Positions 19,593 through 29,118 of a DNA stretch of 64,000 bases are shown in pieces; position 1 is the first letter of the stretch; each line of letters starts with the position of its first letter. Source of the DNA: an uncultured Schaedlerella sp. (GTDB taxonomy: Bacteria > Bacillota > Clostridia > Lachnospirales > Lachnospiraceae); NCBI GenBank assembly GCA_934435195.1, contig CAKSAJ010000008.1, forward strand, positions 18,382 to 82,381, read 5' to 3'. Under the pieces are notes generated by a model. That model did no database searches and was not told the DNA's origin. It was given only the letters and a program-made list of their open reading frames with translations. The position numbers and the translations under genes were made by a program.

Positions 19593-19616
19593 AGTAAATT
19601 TCCGGAAATAAAAACT

Positions 19617-19668
19617 ATGTCGTAAATAAGTAACCAACCGGCTACTTATTTACGACATGTTTGGTTTT
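19617..19668. terminator. Bidirectional rho-independent terminator between convergent genes
   Basis: 16-bp perfect stem atgtcgtaaataagta / tacttatttacgacat with a 10-nt loop, T-rich on both sides. Confidence 0.6.
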
Positions 19669-20977
19669 ACAGTATATCAATATATTCTCCGGCAAGTGCT
19701 TTGTTCATACTTCTGACAGCGCAGAATTTTCCGCACATGCTGCAAGTATCACTGTGATCATCTTCCGGTTTTCTACTGTCGCGGATCGCTTTGGCAGTTT
19801 CAGGATCTAAAGCACATGCGTACTGAGCATCCCAGTCGAGAACGCGACGGGCATCAGCCATCTTGTCATCAATATCACGTGCACCTGGAATTCCTTTTGC
19901 AATATCGGCTGCATGAGCTGCAATCTTAGAAGCAATGATTCCCTGCTTTGTATCTTCTACATTTGGAAGTGCAAGGTGCTCTGCAGGAGTTACATAGCAG
20001 AGGAATGCAGCACCACTCATAGCAGCTACAGCACCACCGATGGCAGCTGTGATATGGTCATAACCAGGAGCAATGTCTGTTACAAGAGGTCCAAGTACAT
20101 AGAAAGGAGCTCCCATACAGATACTCTGCTGTACTTTCATATTGGCTGCAACCTGATCAAGCGGCACATGTCCAGGACCTTCTACCATAACCTGTACGTT
20201 GTGATCCCAGGCACGTTTTGTAAGTTCTCCCAAACGAACAAGTTCTTCAATCTGGCATACATCTGTTGCATCTGCAAGACATCCAGGACGGCAGGCGTCG
20301 CCAAGAGAAATTGTTACATCATACTCTTCGCAGATATCAAGAATTTCATCATAGTATTCATAGAATGGGTTCTCTTCGCCTGTCATACTCATCCATGCAA
20401 ATACAAGGCTTCCGCCACGGCTTACGATATTCATTTTTCTTTTATGTTTTTTAATCTGCTCGATTGTTTTTCTTGTAATTCCACAGTGAAGTGTGACGAA
20501 ATCAACACCGTCTTCTGCGTGCATACGGATAACATCGATAAAATCATGAGCTGTAAGTGTTGCGAGGTCACGCTGATAGTGGATAACACTGTCATAAACA
20601 GGAACAGTTCCGATCATAACAGGACATTCGCTTGTCAGTTTGCGACGGAAAGGCTGTGTATTACCATGGCTTGAAAGATCCATGATTGCTTCGGCACCTA
20701 AATTTACCGCGCTCATTACTTTTTGCATTTCTACATCATAATCTTTGCAGTCACGTGATACACCAAGATTGACATTGATTTTTGTGCGGAGCATACTTCC
20801 GACACCCTCAGCGCTTAAGCAAGTATGGTTTTTATTTGCACAAATGGCAACCTTACCTTCAGCAACAAGTGTCATAAGTTTATCAACATCCATATGCTCT
20901 TTTTCAGCAACAAGTTTGATTTCAGGAGTGACAATTCCCTTGCGGGCTGCATCCATCTGGGTTGTGTAGTTTCTCAT
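19667..20977 (-). CDS. thiC: Phosphomethylpyrimidine synthase
   Basis: [22 protein letters not shown]-terminus and radical-SAM ThiC C-terminal cysteine cluster [14 protein letters not shown] lies 8 nt upstream of the ATG at 20977. Confidence 0.9.
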   Translation of the reverse strand: MRNYTTQMDAARKGIVTPEIKLVAEKEHMDVDKLMTLVAEGKVAICANKNHTCLSAEGVGSMLRTKINVNLGVSRDCKDYDVEMQKVMSAVNLGAEAIMDLSSHGNTQPFRRKLTSECPVMIGTVPVYDSVIHYQRDLATLTAHDFIDVIRMHAEDGVDFVTLHCGITRKTIEQIKKHKRKMNIVSRGGSLVFAWMSMTGEENPFYEYYDEILDICEEYDVTISLGDACRPGCLADATDVCQIEELVRLGELTKRAWDHNVQVMVEGPGHVPLDQVAANMKVQQSICMGAPFYVLGPLVTDIAPGYDHITAAIGGAVAAMSGAAFLCYVTPAEHLALPNVEDTKQGIIASKIAAHAADIAKGIPGARDIDDKMADARRVLDWDAQYACALDPETAKAIRDSRKPEDDHSDTCSMCGKFCAVRSMNKALAGEYIDIL

Positions 20978-21281
20978 GTTATTTGCCTCCAATCATTTTA
21001 ATAAAAGAAATAAATTATATTTATGACGTCAGCAAAATACGGACAGCGTACATGAAAGATGAAAGTCTGTAGTGATACAGACCGTTCATCGAAAAACCAA
21101 CACGTCCAGTGAATGAGCATAGAAAAAATAAGAGAAAATATTTCTCTATGAATATGAAATATTTTTGCCAACGCCTACATCAGAGCAATCTGATGATATA
21201 CAAAATCATAAAGCGATTTGCTTTTTTATAGCGGTACAAGGTGGTGTCCCCAATGTATCGCTTTTGGGTCAAACAAAAAAA

Positions 21282-21788
21282 TTATGCTGTAGTGAGCTGT
21301 GACATTACTCCGCTTTTCTGAAGGATTGAAATTAGGATAAATGCAAGAATACTTCCAGCTACAGTAGAAATAAGGAATGGTATTACATAAACGAACAGTC
21401 CTGCAGGTGCAGCACCCATAAGGAAACGGGCAACCGGATAAGCTGCGATACCACCAAGAATACCGGTACCGATAGCTTCAGCAAGACAAGTCAAGCTTAA
21501 GACTTTACATTTTTTGTAAACCAGTCCACAGCACAATGCACCGACCATACTTCCAGGGAATGCCATAAGGCTTCCAAGACCAAGTATATTACGAAGCAGG
21601 CTTGCACAGAAAGCAATGCCAACTCCCCAACCAGGACCAAGTGTAACAGCGGCAAGAATATTGACCATATGCTGAACCGGAGCACATTTACTTCCGGCAA
21701 CTGGAACACTCAAAAAACTTCCTACAACTGCAAGTGCAGTAAGAACTCCGGCAAGCGCTAATTTTTTTGTTTTATTTGTTTCATTCAT
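21282..21788 (-). CDS. thiW: ECF-transporter S component for a thiamine precursor (ThiW-like)
   Basis: ~168-aa polytopic membrane protein KTKKLALAGVLTALAVVGSFLSVPVAGSKCAPVQHMVNILAAVTLGPGWGVGIAFCASLLRN resembling ThiW. Sits between a TPP riboswitch and thiC. Start taken at MNETNK with SD aaaaggag. Confidence 0.55.
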   Translation of the reverse strand: MNETNKTKKLALAGVLTALAVVGSFLSVPVAGSKCAPVQHMVNILAAVTLGPGWGVGIAFCASLLRNILGLGSLMAFPGSMVGALCCGLVYKKCKVLSLTCLAEAIGTGILGGIAAYPVARFLMGAAPAGLFVYVIPFLISTVAGSILAFILISILQKSGVMSQLTTA

Positions 21789-21929
21789 AATCTGAGTCTC
21801 CTTTTCTTTTTCTCTCGGAAATGCGTTTGTCATTTTGAAAAAATTAAGATGAAAAAAGAATCCTCACCTGAGTGAAGATCCTACCAGCTGTCCGAAATAA
21901 AAGAAATGAGATGCGAGGGCATCTCAATC

Positions 21930-22035
21930 AATTACATGGTATACATTCCCTCCGTTGGCATTATCCAAATCAGGTTTAAGTGGGTCGAAACGGAATTACG
22001 CTTCCTCTCAGCCGGTTTTCGCCAGCTCCCCAGTG
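21930..22035 (-). ncRNA. TPP riboswitch (THI element) controlling thiW-thiC
   Basis: Minus strand reads ACUGGGGAGCUGGCGAAAACCGGCUGAGAGGAAGCGUAAUUCCGUUUCGACCCACUUAAACCUGAUUUGGAUAAUGCCAACGGAGGGAAUG. This contains the conserved GGGG..GCUGAGA, ACCC, AACCUGAUCUGGAUAAUGCCAGCGUAGGGA-type blocks. A hairpin plus U-tract follows toward thiW. Confidence 0.8.
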
Positions 22036-22211
22036 ACAATATAAAATTGTTGTCTAGTGATATTATGCATCTATATATATGAAATTGCAAGGGGAATCTT
22101 AAAAAATGGAAACTTTAAGGTAATGGTAATAATTGACAAGTAACGTATTATACTGCATATTCTAAGTAGTAAGTAAAATTCCGCAGATAAGTGAAAGAGA
22201 GGAAGAATGTT

Positions 22212-23117
22212 ATGAAAGAGCTTATATTATCTCAGCAATATGCGTTACTTGCGTTAAACGGACAGGAGAGTCTTCATCCAAGCGTGGCAAAAAATGCGGT
22301 GCTGCGTGCAGTTGCTGCGGCACAGGTGTTGGAAATAGAGATGGGGAAAGCAGATACAAGTTCATTTTCAGAATTTTCTGCATCATTACAGAAAGCAGTG
22401 CAGATAGCAAAGACTTTGAAGAAAAAAGAAGCATCTCAGATTGAGCAAGAAGTGGTAAATGCTCTGAAAGCGGAAGAACTTTTAAAGGAAGTTCCGGATC
22501 TTCTGGGATGTGATATGGATTATGATACATCAGGTATTGAACTGAAGGCATATCTTAGTGATGAGATAAGTTATGTTAGAATAAAAGAAGGTCTTCGTGC
22601 AGAGATTTTAGAGGATGGTCCAATTAGTTTGGAATATGCAGTCTTATTATGGCTTCTTCGTGAGAGTGGTTGTATTCATGATCTGTTTTCTGTATCAGAG
22701 CAGAGTCGTGTAGAAGAGCGTATGACAGAGGCTGCCGCGCAGGATGAACAGTATCGTACACTATGGGAAGCAGAATTCCATAGTATTTTCGAAGGAGCTA
22801 TGAATCGTTTTGTAAAGACAAAGAGTAAATTGTTCAAGAATCCATATTTAGAAGGTGTAAATCTTGCGTTCCCTTATCTTGACAGAAGGAAATCGGTATT
22901 TATAGATATGGTTATTTTGGGGACAAATGTAGCAGACAGAAGAGCTGCGGCTATAGAATATCTGAGTAAAAAAGGATTTACAGTAGAAGAAATAAGAATA
23001 GGCAGTGAGACATTGCTGAAAATAGGAAATATATATTATCGTATATTCCCGATGACAAAAACGGCGTATAAAGTACCGATTCAGGGAGTTAATCTGGTAC
23101 CGGCGTACTGGCAGTAA
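22212..23117 (+). CDS. Hypothetical protein (weak resemblance to GPP34-family N-terminus)
   Basis: ORF with ATG at 22212 after SD agagaggaag. N-terminus LILSQQYALLALNGQE is reminiscent of GPP34 (LAEElLLLAlDD) only; no firm domain call. Confidence 0.35.
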   Translation: MKELILSQQYALLALNGQESLHPSVAKNAVLRAVAAAQVLEIEMGKADTSSFSEFSASLQKAVQIAKTLKKKEASQIEQEVVNALKAEELLKEVPDLLGCDMDYDTSGIELKAYLSDEISYVRIKEGLRAEILEDGPISLEYAVLLWLLRESGCIHDLFSVSEQSRVEERMTEAAAQDEQYRTLWEAEFHSIFEGAMNRFVKTKSKLFKNPYLEGVNLAFPYLDRRKSVFIDMVILGTNVADRRAAAIEYLSKKGFTVEEIRIGSETLLKIGNIYYRIFPMTKTAYKVPIQGVNLVPAYWQ

Positions 23118-23210
23118 GAAAAGGGTGCTGGCATAGCAAGTATTTGAATAGGCAGAAGAGAACCGCCCCGACTCAAATCTAAGTTGAGCCGGGGTGGTTC
23201 TATTTTTCAT

Positions 23211-24056
23211 TTACACACTATGAAATCCCTTACCAATAATCTCACTTGTATTCGATATCAAGATAAACGCTGTTGGCTGATTCTCCTTGATATAGTTACG
23301 AAGTTTGATTGCCTGAGGGCGGTTGAGCGCAGTGAAGATAATATATTTTTCGTTTCCGGTAAATGCACCCTGGGCATCTACAACAGTTGCGCTGCGGTTC
23401 AGTTCATTTACAATGAAATCACAGATTGGTTGTGGATCATCGCATACAACGTTAAAATATTTCGAAAGATTAAAGCTTTCAATAAAGTTGTCGATCATGA
23501 AAGAACGAACGGCAAGTCCGAGGAAGGAGTACAGTCCGGTCTTGATGTCAAATACAAAGCATCCGGCAACTGTAATCAGAATGTCGGATACGAGCAATGC
23601 CCTTCCGATATCGAAACTGCTGTATTTTTTAATAATCATAGCAATGATATCCGTTCCGCCACTTGATGAGCCGATATTAAAAAGAATGGCAGAGCCAAGT
23701 GCAGGGAGTGCGATTGCAAAGCAAAGTTCCAACATCGTCTGGTCTGTCAGAGGATGGGTCATCGGACAGATACGTTCTAAGACAGAAAGTGCAACAGAAA
23801 GCAGAATACTGCAGTAAGCAGTTTTTGCTGCAAATTTTTTACCCAGTACAAAAAATCCAAGTAACAGCAACAGCATATTCATGATAAATGAAAAATCACT
23901 GGCAGATATTTTCCCTGTTTTGGCAACAAGTACGGCAAGACCGGTGATGCCACCAAAAGTAAAATTGTTTGTAAATTTGAAAAAATAAGTTCCAACTGCC
24001 ATAATGAGTGTGCTGACAGTCAGTAAAGTAAAGTGCTTTAGCTTACTTATATTCAT
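23211..24056 (-). CDS. YitT family membrane protein (DUF161 + DUF2179)
   Basis: MNISKLKHFTLLTVSTLIMAVGTYFFKFTNNFTFGGITGLAVL N-terminus and the C-terminal DUF2179-like segment RSATVVDAQGAFTGNEKYIIFTALNRPQAIKLRNYIKE. Confidence 0.7.
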   Translation of the reverse strand: MNISKLKHFTLLTVSTLIMAVGTYFFKFTNNFTFGGITGLAVLVAKTGKISASDFSFIMNMLLLLLGFFVLGKKFAAKTAYCSILLSVALSVLERICPMTHPLTDQTMLELCFAIALPALGSAILFNIGSSSGGTDIIAMIIKKYSSFDIGRALLVSDILITVAGCFVFDIKTGLYSFLGLAVRSFMIDNFIESFNLSKYFNVVCDDPQPICDFIVNELNRSATVVDAQGAFTGNEKYIIFTALNRPQAIKLRNYIKENQPTAFILISNTSEIIGKGFHSV

Positions 24057-24290
24057 ATAAATCCTCCTGAAATTTGCTTATGTTACCTATAAGAATTCAA
24101 AAGAAAATCCTTTTAATTACTGTTTATAAAATGCCATGTGAACAGTAATTTTTTCCATATATCAACCGAATTGTAACGCGAGGATATTTATTTGTCAACG
24201 CAAAATAAAATCGTACGGATAAAAGTGCAGAAAAAGAAAAAAATTTTATGCTATAATAAGAAAAGTGAAAAATTTCGAGGGTGTAAAAGT

Positions 24291-25253
24291 ATGAAAATAG
24301 AGTATCGAATTCAAAAAGATTATATAGAAATTGTACGTTGTTACGGAGTGGATTCCTGCGTAACGCTTCCGGCGCAAATTGACGGATATCCGGTAAAAAA
24401 AGTAGCTGCATATACATTTTCAGCGAGAAAATCACAGGAAGATGCGGATGTACTTACTTATGAAAGTGAAGATGGTCTTTTGTTGGAAGAAAATAATAAA
24501 TTGCTTGCGGGAGTAGAGGTAGAGAAAGTCATCTTTCCGGAGACCGTTGAAGAAATCGGTAATTATATTTTTTATGGCTGTAAGGAATTGCGATATCTGG
24601 AATTTTCCAATACATTAATGAGTATAGGGAGCGGAGCATTTACCGGATGTGGCAAATTGAGTGGATTGAAAGTGCATATGAAGCAGGGAGAGAAATCTTG
24701 TGTGAAAGAGATTCTTGGAGATTTGTGGCAGCGGATAGATGTTACTTTTATATATGGAGAAACAGGGAAAGAGGCAAGATTAGTATTCCCGGAACATTAT
24801 GAGGAAGCGGTAGAAAATACACCGGCAAGAATTTTGTTTACACAACATCATGGAACGGGCAATAATTATCGACAGTGTTTCTATAATAAGGAAATGGATT
24901 ATCGAAAATATGATGAGTTGTTTGTTTTGGCAAAAGCACAGGATAAACAAGAAGTATTGGTCGATATGGTGTTTAACAGGTTAGAATATCCGTATGATTT
25001 GACAGATAAAAACAAAGATGAGTATAAAGACTATATGTTGGAACATTTTGTACAGTGGTCAGAGATTTTAGTGGAGCAAGATGCGATTGAACGATTGCAA
25101 TTTTTAAGTAAACAAAGTCTTTGGAATCGGGAGATGTTGGACATAGCTATTATGGAAGCCTCTGAAAAGAAAAGGGGAGAAACATTAAGCTTTCTTATGA
25201 ACGAAAAACAGAGCTTGTATCCGGAGCGGAAGAAGAAAACGTTTGAATTATAA
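24291..25253 (+). CDS. Hypothetical protein with BspA-type leucine-rich repeat (LRR_5-like) segment
   Basis: IPETVEEIGNYIFYGCKELRYLEFSNTLMSIGSGAFTGCGKLSGL fits the LRR_5 pattern. First gene of a three-gene block with the VWA and AAA genes (12-bp and 75-bp gaps). Confidence 0.4.
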   Translation: MKIEYRIQKDYIEIVRCYGVDSCVTLPAQIDGYPVKKVAAYTFSARKSQEDADVLTYESEDGLLLEENNKLLAGVEVEKVIFPETVEEIGNYIFYGCKELRYLEFSNTLMSIGSGAFTGCGKLSGLKVHMKQGEKSCVKEILGDLWQRIDVTFIYGETGKEARLVFPEHYEEAVENTPARILFTQHHGTGNNYRQCFYNKEMDYRKYDELFVLAKAQDKQEVLVDMVFNRLEYPYDLTDKNKDEYKDYMLEHFVQWSEILVEQDAIERLQFLSKQSLWNREMLDIAIMEASEKKRGETLSFLMNEKQSLYPERKKKTFEL

Positions 25254-25264
25254 AAGAGGAGGGG

Positions 25265-26599
25265 ATGCAGATGGACAATCAAGGATCAGGAACGCTGGAT
25301 GCGACCAGTGAACTTGCTGAACAATTAGAGCGGATCGGGACACAAATTTTGAATGCATCCCGTGCAGAATTATATTTCGGTATGCGTTTTTTGGATGTGG
25401 CTTTAAGCAGTTTTGATTATCAGATGAATACGGAGATTGCACCATTTGGAACGGACGGAAGAAGTATCTTTTACCATCCGCAATTATTGGGTGGAATGTA
25501 CCGAAAAAATCGAATTCAGGTTAATCGGGGATATTTGCATATGGTATATCATTGCATTTTCCGTCATATCGTAAAACCTGTAAATGGAAATGTGTGGGAG
25601 CTAAGCTGTGATATTGCGGTAGAACATCTGGTGGACGCCAATTATCACAGGTCGGTGAGGTCTTCTAAGAGTTTGCTGCGGCGTGAAACATATAGGCGGT
25701 TGGAGCAGGAGGCAAATGGAAAAGTGCTGAATGCGGAACGCATTTTTAAGATTCTGCAAAGCTGGAATCTCGGAGAAAAGGAACTGGAGAAGCTGGAACA
25801 GGAATTTTATGTGGACGATCATCGATATTGGGAGAGTCAGAAACCAAACCAACAGCCAGATCCAATATTGAATCAGAAGTGGCAGGACATCAATGAACAA
25901 ATGGAAACAGATTTGGAGACATTTTCGAAAGAAGCATCACAAGAAAATGGTGATTTCATTGGACAGATAAAAATAGAGAATAGAGAACGGCATGACTACA
26001 AATCATTTCTTAGAAAGTTTTCTGTGTTCAGGGAAGAAATGGGAATCGACCCGGATTCTTTCGATTATAATTTTTATAGTTATGGATTATCATTGTATGG
26101 AAATATGCCTTTGATAGAACCACAGGAAACAAAAGAAGTAAAGAAAATAGAAGAGTTTGCGATTGTTATAGATACTTCCATGTCGTGTTCCGGTGAACTG
26201 GTACAAAAATTTCTGGAGGAGACTTATAGCGTTCTAAAGGAAAATGAAAGTTTTTTTAAGAAAATAAATGTGCATATTATTCAGTGTGATGAGCAGGTGC
26301 ATTCTGACTGTAAGATTACAAGTGAAGAGGACTTAAAAGAATACATGGAACATATGGAATTGTATGGTCAAGGAGGGACAGACTTTCGTCCGGCATTTGA
26401 ATATGTGGAGCAGTTAGTCAGAGAAAAAGAGTTTCATGACTTGCGTGGATTGATATATTTTACAGATGGGTATGGCATCTATCCAAATAGAATGCCGCCA
26501 TTTAAAACAGCATTTGTTTTTATGCAGGAAGATTATACAGACGTAGATGTTCCTGTGTGGGCAATCAAACTAATATTAAGTGAGGATGAATTAGGATAG
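25265..26599 (+). CDS. DUF2201-type putative metallopeptidase domain + VWA domain protein
   Basis: Central/C-terminal VWA with MIDAS-like DTSMSCSG and GGTDFRPAF. N-terminal region (YHPQLLGGMYRKNRIQVNRGYLHMVYHCIFRHI) resembles the DUF2201_N putative peptidase domain. Partner of the downstream AAA ATPase. Confidence 0.6.
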   Translation: MQMDNQGSGTLDATSELAEQLERIGTQILNASRAELYFGMRFLDVALSSFDYQMNTEIAPFGTDGRSIFYHPQLLGGMYRKNRIQVNRGYLHMVYHCIFRHIVKPVNGNVWELSCDIAVEHLVDANYHRSVRSSKSLLRRETYRRLEQEANGKVLNAERIFKILQSWNLGEKELEKLEQEFYVDDHRYWESQKPNQQPDPILNQKWQDINEQMETDLETFSKEASQENGDFIGQIKIENRERHDYKSFLRKFSVFREEMGIDPDSFDYNFYSYGLSLYGNMPLIEPQETKEVKKIEEFAIVIDTSMSCSGELVQKFLEETYSVLKENESFFKKINVHIIQCDEQVHSDCKITSEEDLKEYMEHMELYGQGGTDFRPAFEYVEQLVREKEFHDLRGLIYFTDGYGIYPNRMPPFKTAFVFMQEDYTDVDVPVWAIKLILSEDELG

Positions 26600-26674
26600 A
26601 CTTCTATCGTATCGGCAGTTACATTGGCTGATTTGATAGAAATAAAGTAAGAGGAAGTATAGAAGGGATATAAA

Positions 26675-28198
26675 ATGGATATAAAGCGTGCGAAACAGGA
26701 AATCAAAGATTCTATAGAGGCGTATTTGGCGAAGGATGAGTTTGGAGCATATCGGATTCCGGCTATCCGCCAAAGACCGGTACTTCTGATGGGGCCTCCG
26801 GGGATTGGTAAAACACAGATCATGGAACAAATTGCAAAGGAATGTAAAATTGGTCTGGTTGCATATACAATTACGCACCATACAAGACAAAGTGCAGTCG
26901 GATTACCATTTATTAAAGAAAAAATATATGGCGGACAGACGTATTCGGTAACAGAATATACGATGAGCGAAATTATTGCGTCAGTGTATGAGAAAATTGA
27001 ACAGACGGGAATCAAAGAAGGAATTCTGTTCATTGATGAGATTAACTGTGTGTCAGAAACACTGGCACCGACAATGCTTCAATTTTTACAAGGAAAAACA
27101 TTTGGAAATCAGAAAATTCCGCAAGGCTGGATTATTGTGGCAGCAGGAAATCCACCGGAGTACAACAAGTCAGTTAGAGAATTTGATATCGTTACACTGG
27201 ATCGAATTAAAAAAATCAATGTAGAGGCAAATTTGGATGTATGGAAAGAATATGCGTATAAACAGGGCATTCATCCGGCAGTGATATCATATCTGGAGCT
27301 GCGCAAACAGAATTTTTACCGGATTGAGACAACAGTAGACGGCAAAGCATTTGCTACGGCAAGAGGCTGGGAAGATTTGTCACAGCTTATACAGACTTAC
27401 GAAGTGCTTGGAAAAACAATAGACAGGGATGTCATTGCCCAGTATATCCAGCATAAAATGATTGCAAAAGATTTTGCAAATTATCTGGAACTCTTCTATA
27501 AATATAGGAAAGATTATGGCGTGGAAGATATTCTGGAAGGGAAATGGAATACCGCAACGTTACAGAAAATCAAGGCGGCTCCGTTTGATGAGCATTTAAG
27601 TGTAGTGAGTCTGTTAAATGGTAAAGCAAGTGAAATGTTCCAGAAAAGTTTCCTGGAGGATTCATATGTTTCAAAAGTATACGAATATTTATTGATTTAT
27701 AAAGATAATCTAGAATCTATGCGCCCAGAAGATATCTGGCATCAGGCAGAACGCGATTATCAGGAACAGATACGAAAAGAATTATTGAATCATACAGAAG
27801 AAATCGTAATGAAAAAGGCGGTTGCGGCACTGGAGAAATTTGCAAAACAAAGCCAGGATAATATTTTGGAAAATAATAGTGAAGAACAATTTGAACAAGT
27901 AAAAGAAATGTTCGGAGAGCTTGTACAGAACCGTGAAAATCTGATAGAATTGACTTCAGAGATGCTGACGCATATTTTTGATTTTATGGAGACTGCATTT
28001 GGAGAGAGTCAGGAAATGGTTGTACTGATCACAGAATTGAATGCCAACAGTTATGCGGTGTGGTTTATTAAAGAAAATGGCTGCGATCAGTATTATCGGT
28101 ATAATAAAGGGTTGCTGTTCGATGAGCGTCAGCAGGCAATCGTACAAGATATGGATGCAGTAGAGACATTGTTAAACAAGCAAGGGGCAATCAGCTAA
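26675..28198 (+). CDS. AAA family ATPase (MoxR/AAA_5-like) partner of the VWA protein
   Basis: Walker A PVLLMGPPGIGKTQIM and Walker B ILFIDEINC. 507 aa with a long helical C-terminal extension. Confidence 0.7.
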   Translation: MDIKRAKQEIKDSIEAYLAKDEFGAYRIPAIRQRPVLLMGPPGIGKTQIMEQIAKECKIGLVAYTITHHTRQSAVGLPFIKEKIYGGQTYSVTEYTMSEIIASVYEKIEQTGIKEGILFIDEINCVSETLAPTMLQFLQGKTFGNQKIPQGWIIVAAGNPPEYNKSVREFDIVTLDRIKKINVEANLDVWKEYAYKQGIHPAVISYLELRKQNFYRIETTVDGKAFATARGWEDLSQLIQTYEVLGKTIDRDVIAQYIQHKMIAKDFANYLELFYKYRKDYGVEDILEGKWNTATLQKIKAAPFDEHLSVVSLLNGKASEMFQKSFLEDSYVSKVYEYLLIYKDNLESMRPEDIWHQAERDYQEQIRKELLNHTEEIVMKKAVAALEKFAKQSQDNILENNSEEQFEQVKEMFGELVQNRENLIELTSEMLTHIFDFMETAFGESQEMVVLITELNANSYAVWFIKENGCDQYYRYNKGLLFDERQQAIVQDMDAVETLLNKQGAIS

Positions 28199-28215
28199 GG
28201 AAGGAGCAATCGAAG

Positions 28216-28851
28216 ATGGATGTAAGAAAAATGAGAAATGAAGTATTAGCTAACCGGGTAGTGAAAAATTTGGAATCCCGTAATATGGAAGCATATTTCG
28301 TGAAAACAAAAGAAGAAGCATTAAAAAAAGCATTGGAGCTGATTCCAGAGGGAAGCTCAATCAGCTGGGGAGGAACTGCTTCAGCTAAGGAGATTGGATT
28401 GTTAGATGCTGTACATGAAGGGAATTATGAAGTATATGACAGGGAAGAAGCACAGACACCGGAGCTGAAAAATGAGATTGCTCATAAAGCTCTGGATTGC
28501 GACTTTTTTATAGGAAGTACAAATGCATTAGCAGAAAATGGCGTGATGGTTAATATAGATGGAAATGCAAACCGTGTGGCAGCGTTTGCTTTTGGACCGA
28601 AAAATGTACTTTTAATCGTAGGCATGAATAAAGTTGTAAAATCTGAAGAAGATGCCATGAGCAGAGCAAGAAATGAGGCGGCACCGATCAATGCACAGAG
28701 ATTCGGACTTGATACGCCATGTTCTAAAAACGGAATGTGTTATGATTGCAAATCACCGGATTGCATTTGCTGTCAGATTTTGATTACGAGATATTCCAGA
28801 GTGGCGAAGAGAATTAAGGTGATTCTGGTGGATGAGAACTTGGGGTTCTAA
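28216..28851 (+). CDS. LUD (lactate-utilisation, YkgG-like) domain protein
   Basis: The WGGTASAKEIGLLDAV...FIGSTNALAENGVMVNIDGNANRVAAFAFGPKNVLLIVGMNKVV pattern is typical of the LUD/DUF162 domain. C-terminal Cys cluster. Confidence 0.5.
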   Translation: MDVRKMRNEVLANRVVKNLESRNMEAYFVKTKEEALKKALELIPEGSSISWGGTASAKEIGLLDAVHEGNYEVYDREEAQTPELKNEIAHKALDCDFFIGSTNALAENGVMVNIDGNANRVAAFAFGPKNVLLIVGMNKVVKSEEDAMSRARNEAAPINAQRFGLDTPCSKNGMCYDCKSPDCICCQILITRYSRVAKRIKVILVDENLGF

Positions 28852-28879
28852 ATGGTGGAACGGGAAGGAGTTTGTGATT

Positions 28880-28914
28880 CGCGAAGTGGACGTACTGTAG
28901 GATCAGCACGTGTT
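28880..28914 (+). repeat. Imperfect direct repeat copy A (cgcgaagTGGACGTACTGTAGgATCAGcACGTGTT)
   Basis: 32/35 identity plus one indel to copy B at 33737-33772, with a perfect 15-bp core GTGGACGTACTGTAG. Weaker similarity extends a few bp on both sides. Confidence 0.5.
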
Positions 28915-28990
28915 GCTACAATTATTGAGTAATACAATTTAAATATAGATTTGTTATCGTAAGATAACGTTACGTCTAAACGTAAGATAC

Positions 28991-29021
28991 CCCAGAAACC
29001 TTGTGTTTCTGGGAATTTTTT
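28991..29021 (+). terminator. Rho-independent terminator (cccagaaac-cttgt-gtttctggg + aatttttt)
   Basis: Perfect 9-bp stem with a 5-nt loop and T-tract, ~110 nt downstream of repeat copy A and 140 nt after the LUD stop. Confidence 0.6.
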
Positions 29022-29118
29022 GTACTCTAAGAAAAGAATTGTTCGTAAATTTATCAGATTAGAAACAGCGAAACATCTACGCATTGACTTTATTCCTTAT
29101 GTGATGGGCTGGAAAGGA

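Noticed and set aside
19913-20674. 253-aa plus-strand ORF
   Set aside because: Antisense to thiC; Cys-rich low-complexity translation.
21000-21280. Expected TPP riboswitch immediately upstream of thiC
   Set aside because: Translating and reverse-complementing the spacer showed no CUGAGA or pyrimidine-sensing blocks. The riboswitch is upstream of thiW at 21930-22035.
23323-23817. 164-aa plus-strand ORF
   Set aside because: Antisense to the YitT membrane protein gene.
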